Assembly (NCBI GenBank): GCA_963675745.2
Contig: CAXXWX010000011.1
Coordinates: forward strand, 1 to 44,718
From: Phycisphaerae bacterium
GTDB taxonomy: Bacteria > Planctomycetota > Phycisphaerae > UBA1845 > Fen-1342
DNA: 44,718 nucleotides
Direction of reading: 5' to 3'
Below are positions 36,003 to 44,718 of the stretch, piece by piece. The first letter of the stretch is position 1. The number at the start of each line of letters is the position of its first letter. The translations under genes and the position numbers were made by a program. The notes under the pieces were generated by a model. It had not been told where the DNA came from, made no database searches, and was given only the letters and a program-made list of their open reading frames with translations.

Positions 36003-37391
36003 GTGGCCGAGTTTGATCCGACGACGCGTCGCATGTTCCTGAAGGCCGCCGCCACCACCGGCGTCGCCTTGGCCGCCGGCTTGTCCGGGTGCGCCGGCCC
36101 CGGCCGGCGTGGGAGACGACCGGTCCCGCTGAAGCCGCGGGATACGTACGCCCCCGAAACCGACCTGTTGCGCGTCGCGTACATTGGCACGGGGGGCATC
36201 GGACGTTGGCACCTGGAAACCACGCGCGAGCTCGGCGTAACCTGTCCCTGCTACTGTGACGTCGACACCGCGCGCATGCAGACGGCCGCCGAGATGTACC
36301 CCGAAGCGCGCCGCTATCAGGATTACCGGGAGATGTTCGACCGCGAGCACAAGAACATCGACGCCGTCATGGTCGGCGTACCCGACCATCACCACTACCC
36401 GGCCACGATGATGGCGATGCAGCTTGGCAAGCACGTCTACACGCAAAAGCCGCTCACGCACACACCCTGGGAGGCGCGGCAACTGGCCAAGGCGGCCATG
36501 AAGTACGAGGTCGTCACGCAAATGGGCAACCAGGGCCACGCCGGCGAGGGTTGGCGCCTCGTATACGAGTGGATTCGCAGCGGCGCCCTCGGTCACGTCA
36601 AAGAGGCGTATAGCTGGACCGACCGCCCCATCTGGCCGCAGGGCATCGAACGCCCGGAAGACTCAGACCCTGTGCCGTCAACGCTGAATTGGGATGTCTG
36701 GCTGGGACCGGCCCCCGTGCGCCCCTACAAGAACGAAGTCTATCACCCCTTCCGCTGGCGCGGCTGGTGGGACTTCGGCGCCGGCGCGCTCGGCGACATG
36801 GCCTGCCACACAATGGACGGCGTCTTCTGGGCGCTCGAACCCGGCTATCCCACCTCCGTCGAGCCGATTGCCATGACGCCGGCCACGACCGAGTGTTTTC
36901 CGAACGCGTCCGTGGTCAAATGGGAGTTCCCCGCCAGTAACTGGCGCCTGGGCTTCACCGCGTATTGGTATGACGGCGGCTTGCTGCCCCAGATACCACC
37001 CGAACTCGAACTCAAGCGGTCCCTGCCGCGCGCCGGAAACCTCTTCCTGGGAACCAAGGCGGCGATGCTGATCTCCGGTGATTATGGCGAGTCACCGCGC
37101 ATCATCCCGGAAGCCAAAATGAAGGAGATCGGCAAGCCGGCCAAGACGCTTGAACGCAGCCCGGGCCACGCCGAGGAGTGGGTCATGGCGTGCAAGGGCG
37201 AGAAGCCGATCGACTTCCCGAAATCGCGCTTTGCATACTCCGCGCCGATGTCCGAGACGATTCTGCTCGGCAACATCGCCATGCGCATGGGCCGCCGGCT
37301 GGAATGGGACGGCGAGAACATGCGATTCACGAATGTGCCCGAGGCGGATGAGTTCGTATCAAAGACGTACCGGGAAGGTTGGCGGATTTAG
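36003..37391 (+). CDS. Tat-exported Gfo/Idh/MocA oxidoreductase
   Basis: AGGAGG RBS, TRRMFLK twin-arginine, IGTGGIG, PDHHH, YTQKPLT, QMGNQG, WDVWLGPAP, GDMACH. Confidence 0.93.
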   Translation: MAEFDPTTRRMFLKAAATTGVALAAGLSGCAGPGRRGRRPVPLKPRDTYAPETDLLRVAYIGTGGIGRWHLETTRELGVTCPCYCDVDTARMQTAAEMYPEARRYQDYREMFDREHKNIDAVMVGVPDHHHYPATMMAMQLGKHVYTQKPLTHTPWEARQLAKAAMKYEVVTQMGNQGHAGEGWRLVYEWIRSGALGHVKEAYSWTDRPIWPQGIERPEDSDPVPSTLNWDVWLGPAPVRPYKNEVYHPFRWRGWWDFGAGALGDMACHTMDGVFWALEPGYPTSVEPIAMTPATTECFPNASVVKWEFPASNWRLGFTAYWYDGGLLPQIPPELELKRSLPRAGNLFLGTKAAMLISGDYGESPRIIPEAKMKEIGKPAKTLERSPGHAEEWVMACKGEKPIDFPKSRFAYSAPMSETILLGNIAMRMGRRLEWDGENMRFTNVPEADEFVSKTYREGWRI

Positions 37392-37417
37392 CCGGTCACC
37401 GACCGTGGCGGCCGGAC

Positions 37418-37506
37418 AGAATGCTGAATGCCGAGTGCGGAATGCAGAAACCGAGAACGTGAGGCCATGGCGGTTTCCGCAATCTGCATTCTGCACTCTT
37501 CATTCT
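37418..37506. repeat. Inverted pair of heptamer arrays (NGAATGC / GCATTCT)
   Basis: AGAATGC TGAATGC CGAGTGC GGAATGC AGAAACC ... GGTTTCC GCAATCT GCATTCT GCACTCT TCATTCT. Confidence 0.8.
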
Positions 37507-37570
37507 TCACAACGAACCGACACAACGGCCGACTTGCACGTGCGGCCGCCATACATGGCCTGGAAGCATC

Positions 37571-38482
37571 ATGAAACCACTGCAACCATCGCGACGGGCG
37601 TTTCTTCAGAGTGGCATGCGCGTGGCCGCCGGGCTGACACTCGCGCCGACACTCGCCGCCGCAACGGCCGCACAGCGGGAAACAAAGATGAACAAGAAGT
37701 TCGAGATATCTCTGGCCGCCTGGTCGGTCCATCGCATGTTCTTCGCCGGCAAGCTCAAACAGATTGACATGCCCGAGTTGTGTCGCAAGCAACTCGACAT
37801 CGGCGGCCTGGAGCTGGTCAACAGCTTCTTCCCCAGCCCGCAATACACCTACTGCCAGGAATTGCTCAAGCGGGCCCGCGACCATGACGTCAAAATCCTG
37901 CTGATCATGTGTGACGGCGAGGGCGATCTGGCCCATGCGGACAAGGCCCAGCGCCGGCAGGCCGTCCGCAATCACCGCAAATGGCTCGATATTGCCCAGG
38001 TGCTCGGCTGCCACTCGATCCGCTGCAACATGGGCAACGGCCAACCCGGTGACCAGGACGCGATCAAACGCTGCGCCGACAGCTTCGCCGAACTCGTCGA
38101 TTATGCGCGGCCCGACAAGATCAACGTTCTGATCGAGAACCATTGGGGCTTGTCGTCCGATCCGGATTCGGTAATCGCCATGATCAAACGGGTCGATGAC
38201 CCCCTGCTCGGCACGTTGCCGGACTTCGGCAATTTCCCGCCCGAGACCGACCGCTACGAAGCCGTGCGCAAGCTCATGCCGTTCGCAAAGGCCGTGAGCG
38301 CGAAGTGCTATGAGTACGATGCCGACGGCAACGAAAAACGCACTGACTACGCGCGCATGATGCCGATCGTGCTGGAGGCCGGCTACCACGACTGGGTCGG
38401 CATCGAGTACGAGGGCCCCGACGACGACGAAATCGCCGGCTCAAAAGCCTGCCAGCAACTGCTGCAGCGGTTTCAGGCGTAG
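37571..38482 (+). CDS. Tat-exported sugar phosphate isomerase/epimerase (xylose isomerase-like TIM barrel)
   Basis: SRRAFL, ISLAAWS, LGCHSIR, IENHWG, LPDFGNF, SAK, GIEYEG. Confidence 0.9.
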   Translation: MKPLQPSRRAFLQSGMRVAAGLTLAPTLAAATAAQRETKMNKKFEISLAAWSVHRMFFAGKLKQIDMPELCRKQLDIGGLELVNSFFPSPQYTYCQELLKRARDHDVKILLIMCDGEGDLAHADKAQRRQAVRNHRKWLDIAQVLGCHSIRCNMGNGQPGDQDAIKRCADSFAELVDYARPDKINVLIENHWGLSSDPDSVIAMIKRVDDPLLGTLPDFGNFPPETDRYEAVRKLMPFAKAVSAKCYEYDADGNEKRTDYARMMPIVLEAGYHDWVGIEYEGPDDDEIAGSKACQQLLQRFQA

Positions 38483-38503
38483 CGGCGTTCGCCCCTGACC
38501 GGA

Positions 38504-39223
38504 TCACTTGTCCCGCAGCGCCGATTCGATGATCGGCGTCAGGACGCCGGTCCAGAGCTTGTAGCCGGTGCTGTTGAGGTGCAGACCGTCTTTGACGAAC
38601 AGCTCCTTGCGCGGCTTGCCATCGTCACCGAGCATCGGCGGTGCGATGTCGGCATAGAGCAGGCGATCATCATGCCGCGTGAGCTCCCGGATCAGCGCGT
38701 TGGCTTCGTGCATGCGACCCCATTGTTCCCAGCGGCTCAGGCTGGGCTTGATCGCGATGAAAATGACGCGCGTCGCGGGCAACTTCGCGCGGACCAGCTT
38801 GACGAAAGCCTGGTAGTCATCACGCACCTGCTCGGGTGATTTGCCGTCCGCGATGTCGTTGTCGCCGGCATAAAAGGCGATTACGCGCGGCTTGTACGGA
38901 AAGACGACGCGCGCGGCGAAATGGTTCACGTCGGATATGTGCGACCCGCCAAAGCCGCGGTTGATGACCCGCATGGTGGGGAAGTATTCGCGCGTGGCCC
39001 ACCCGCGGATGCTGGAACTGCCGACGAACAACACCGCATTATCGGCGAACGAATTCTGTCGGTCCCAGGCCTCGAAACGGCTGATTGCCTCCTCGAACCG
39101 CGCGGGGTCCGGATTGGGCGCAGCGCGACCGCCCGCAAATGCCAGGGGCAGGCCGACCAGGGCCAGGGCGATCAGACGCGTGGTGAGTGGGTGGAATCGT
39201 GGCAGCCGAATGGACCGTGACAT
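38504..39223 (-). CDS. SGNH/GDSL hydrolase
   Basis: FVGSSSI, NRGFGGS, YAGDND, DGLHLN; signal peptide. Confidence 0.92.
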   Translation of the reverse strand: MSRSIRLPRFHPLTTRLIALALVGLPLAFAGGRAAPNPDPARFEEAISRFEAWDRQNSFADNAVLFVGSSSIRGWATREYFPTMRVINRGFGGSHISDVNHFAARVVFPYKPRVIAFYAGDNDIADGKSPEQVRDDYQAFVKLVRAKLPATRVIFIAIKPSLSRWEQWGRMHEANALIRELTRHDDRLLYADIAPPMLGDDGKPRKELFVKDGLHLNSTGYKLWTGVLTPIIESALRDK

Positions 39224-39552
39224 GTTTCTACTCTCCCCGCCGAGGCCAATGCGAACAAGTGTTTTCCTGTGGTCGGCGACAGGCAAAGCGTCGCGGCGCC
39301 CGTTCGCCTTCGCAACACTCTAACACCCCGGTGGGACTTCGGGAATCACCTGGCGGGCTCTGACGCTGACCGTGCGTGTGTGGCGCCCAACAGGCCTCGT
39401 CGGTGGATCGCTGCCGCCGGCCACTGGCACCGCAGCGCGGGCCGGCGCATTTTCAATTCTTTCTTGACGGAATACCCGTGCGGGAAATAGGCTCTAGCTG
39501 GCCGGTTTGGCTCATTTGCGGCCAAGTGGCCCAGGTCGAGGATACAAAGGCG

Positions 39553-39840
39553 ATGCCAGCGGCGACGGCACAACCCGAGGCGCACGTTGATCGGCGCACA
39601 CATCAGCTCCCGCCGTTCCGGGTTTTGCTGCACAACGACGACGTGAATACGTTCGACCACGTCATCCTGACCATCCTGAATCTGACGCACTTGGCCTTGG
39701 AGGAGGCTGTGCAGCGCGCGCTGGAGGCGCACGAGACGGGTCAGAGTCTGCTGCTCGTCACGCACAGAGAGCGTGCCGAGCTCTACGTTGAGCAATTCCG
39801 CTCATGCAGCCTGACGGTCACCGCCGAGCCGGACGACTAG
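39553..39840 (+). CDS. clpS: ATP-dependent Clp protease adaptor
   Basis: PPFRVLLHNDDVNTFDHV, EAHETG, ERAELY. Confidence 0.92.
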   Translation: MPAATAQPEAHVDRRTHQLPPFRVLLHNDDVNTFDHVILTILNLTHLALEEAVQRALEAHETGQSLLLVTHRERAELYVEQFRSCSLTVTAEPDD

Positions 39841-39849
39841 CGCAGGCTG

Positions 39850-39884
39850 CCAATGCAGAGTGCAGAATGAGGAATGCGGAAAAC
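39850..39884. repeat. Heptamer array, same family as 37418
   Basis: CCAATGC AGAGTGC AGAATGA GGAATGC GGAAAAC between convergent clpS and glmS. Confidence 0.7.
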
Positions 39885-39926
39885 GGGCCGGAGGCCCATC
39901 CGCCGACCCGATAGCCAACTGCCCCC

Positions 39927-41753
<1,827 letters not shown>

Positions 41754-42006
41754 CCGCAGTCTCCTTCTGGTAACAGACGCCCTCACAAGCACGATCGGCA
41801 CATTGGGCCAAAGCGGTGAATCCGCCTGCCAGGACGTACGTGCCCGTCCGGCGTGTTGTGCGGCCCTTCGCCTTATTTTCTCATCCGCAACGCGAACCGT
41901 CACCCGATCAAGCCGATGAAAACTCGGAGCCTGACCCCGTAGCTCCCCGCCCAGCGCCGTTGTATGGACCGGGGATGACCACTAAGAAACGAGTGATACG
42001 AGCGCC

Positions 42007-42327
42007 ATGTCCCAGCATACCCTGATATCGCAACTCCTGCTCGAAGACGAAGACCTGCGCGACATCGTTGAGGAGTTCGTGGAGAATCTGAGCACACGCC
42101 TCGACGAACTGCGCCAGGCCTACGACAAGCTCGACTGGGAAATGCTGCGAATGTACGCGCACCGCCTGAAAGGTGCCGCCGGCTCCTATGGTTATCCGGA
42201 CATAAGCCAGCTCGGCGCGACCATGGAGCAGTGCTTTCGCAGCCATGACGCGACGAAATTCGATTCATGGATACAGCAGCTCAGCGACCTGACCGACGCC
42301 GCGCGTCAGGGGCTTCAAGACAGATAG
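42007..42327 (+). CDS. Stand-alone Hpt (histidine phosphotransfer) protein
   Basis: AHRLKGAAGSYGY. Confidence 0.9.
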   Translation: MSQHTLISQLLLEDEDLRDIVEEFVENLSTRLDELRQAYDKLDWEMLRMYAHRLKGAAGSYGYPDISQLGATMEQCFRSHDATKFDSWIQQLSDLTDAARQGLQDR

Positions 42328-42596
42328 CCCTCAGCCACACCCCCACTGATCGGTTGCCGCAGAGCTCCACGCGCGATCTGCCCCGCGTGGACGCCCACAA
42401 TCCTCCCCGCTATAAACGTGCAAGATCAGGCTGTCAGCGGGCCCGCCGCGCACACGTATGCGCGGACGCCATTGACCAAGCAGTCACCGGCACACCACGG
42501 ATCGAGGAGAACCGTCGCGGGATTGACCGGGAGTTGGCCCATGAAGACCTCGCGCGGATCGATAGTCTGTTTCCCGCAACCGGATACCAGCTCGGC

Positions 42597-43388
42597 ATGA
42601 CCACCAACGCGTTCTGGCGGGATAAGCACGTCATCATCACCGGCGCCAGTTCCGGCATCGGGTGGGCGCTGGCAGAGCATGTTGCCGGCTTGGGCGCGCG
42701 CCTCGGACTGACCGCCCGCCGCAAGGAGAAGCTCGATGAACTCGCCGCGCGCCTGCGGGCTCGCGGACACTCGGTCGTGGTGGCGGCGGCGGACGTGCGC
42801 GAGCTGGGTCTGGTGCGATCCGCCATTCGCGCGTTGGAGTGCGATCTTGGCCCGTGTGACGTGTTGGTCGCAAACGCCGGCACGCACCGCTACACACCGG
42901 GCAGCGATTTTCGAGCGGAGAGCTTCGAGGACGTCTTCAGCACCAATGTCCAAGGGGTTGTGAACGCGTTCGACGCGGTGCTCGGCGGCATGGTTGCCCG
43001 GCGGCGCGGTCACATCGCGGCCGTGGCCAGTATCGCCGGTGTGCTCGGGCTTCCCCACGTCGGGGCGTATTCGGCGAGCAAGGCGGCGTTGATCACGCTG
43101 CTCCAGAGCCTGCGCGTGGATCTGGCCGGCCACAATATCAACGTGACGACCATCTGTCCGGGGTTCATCGACACCCCCTTCATCGCCAGCCACGACCGCC
43201 GCGTATTGAAGTTCATGCTTTCAGCGTCAGAGGCGGCCGGGCGCATCGCCTGGGCCATCGCACGCGGCAAACGCGAATACTACTTCCCGCGGCGAACCTG
43301 GCTGCTGGCGCGGATCGCGCGGGCGTTACCGTTCCCGGTGTATCGCCGAGTTGCGGCGCGCGTGCCCCCGCCCCGCCAGGATTCCTGA
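42597..43388 (+). CDS. Short-chain dehydrogenase/reductase
   Basis: ITGASSGIG, VANAG, YSASK, PGFIDT. Start placed at ATG 42597. Confidence 0.92.
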   Translation: MTTNAFWRDKHVIITGASSGIGWALAEHVAGLGARLGLTARRKEKLDELAARLRARGHSVVVAAADVRELGLVRSAIRALECDLGPCDVLVANAGTHRYTPGSDFRAESFEDVFSTNVQGVVNAFDAVLGGMVARRRGHIAAVASIAGVLGLPHVGAYSASKAALITLLQSLRVDLAGHNINVTTICPGFIDTPFIASHDRRVLKFMLSASEAAGRIAWAIARGKREYYFPRRTWLLARIARALPFPVYRRVAARVPPPRQDS

Positions 43389-43539
43389 CGCGGGCCCGAT
43401 CCCCCACCCGCCGTGGCGGCGTTGCGCCAAGAGGCCTGCCAGATTGGCACGGCGGCCCACCTGAGCCTCTGCAGTAATCCGGCACCGTAATCCCTTGATT
43501 ACACGCGACTTAGATAAAAACGCCCCGCCGGCCCGCGTT

Positions 43540-43554
43540 TGGTATCGGCATTGC
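43540..43554 (+). promoter_or_regulatory. Candidate sigma-54 (-24/-12) promoter of dnaK
   Basis: TGGTATCGGCATTGC has exact GG-N10-GC spacing, 65 nt upstream of the ATG. Confidence 0.5.
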
Positions 43555-43610
43555 CTTTGTCAGTGACAGACGCGTTATGCGCCGGCATTGAGTGCAAGTG
43601 AGTGAACTAG

Positions 43611-44718
<1,108 letters not shown>

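Noticed and set aside
41754..42000. glmS ribozyme upstream of glmS
   Set aside because: Small hairpins exist, but I could not find the conserved AGCGCC...GACGAGG core on the minus strand. An Infernal search would settle it.
43580..43610. CIRCE element before dnaK
   Set aside because: Only about half the positions match TTAGCACTC-N9-GAGTGCTAA.

Overview
GC-rich bacterial window, inferred to be Planctomycetota (probably Phycisphaerae) from a dockerin-like C-terminus, an AFTLIELL...DG prepilin-like protein, Tat-exported Gfo/TIM-barrel enzymes and GC-rich REP-like repeats. All family calls are by motif recognition; no searches were run. In order, it holds: the end of a surface-polysaccharide cluster (heparinase II/III-like, GT4, GNAT, DegT); a secreted Omp28/thioredoxin-like protein whose reading frame runs through an in-frame TGA in a U-x-x-C motif (probable selenoprotein); a Zn-ribbon membrane protein; a large lipoprotein; a repeat patch; a DUF262-Schlafen(AlbA_2) candidate defence gene with an internal TGA; citF carrying an in-frame REP insertion; a sigma-70 factor; TraB/GumN; a prepilin-like protein. 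A minus-strand block then encodes a PlsA/Ger-like activase, a PlsR-like reductase, a tetraether synthase (Tes/GDGT-MAS) homologue and a methyltransferase. This is the top finding: a candidate bacterial ether-linked membrane-spanning lipid (brGDGT-like) cluster. The rest is an MSHA/T2SS-like pilus cluster, Gfo/Idh/MocA, a TIM-barrel isomerase, an SGNH hydrolase, clpS, glmS, an Hpt protein, an SDR and the 5' part of dnaK. Two homopolymer frameshifts in dnaK suggest residual indel errors in the assembly.
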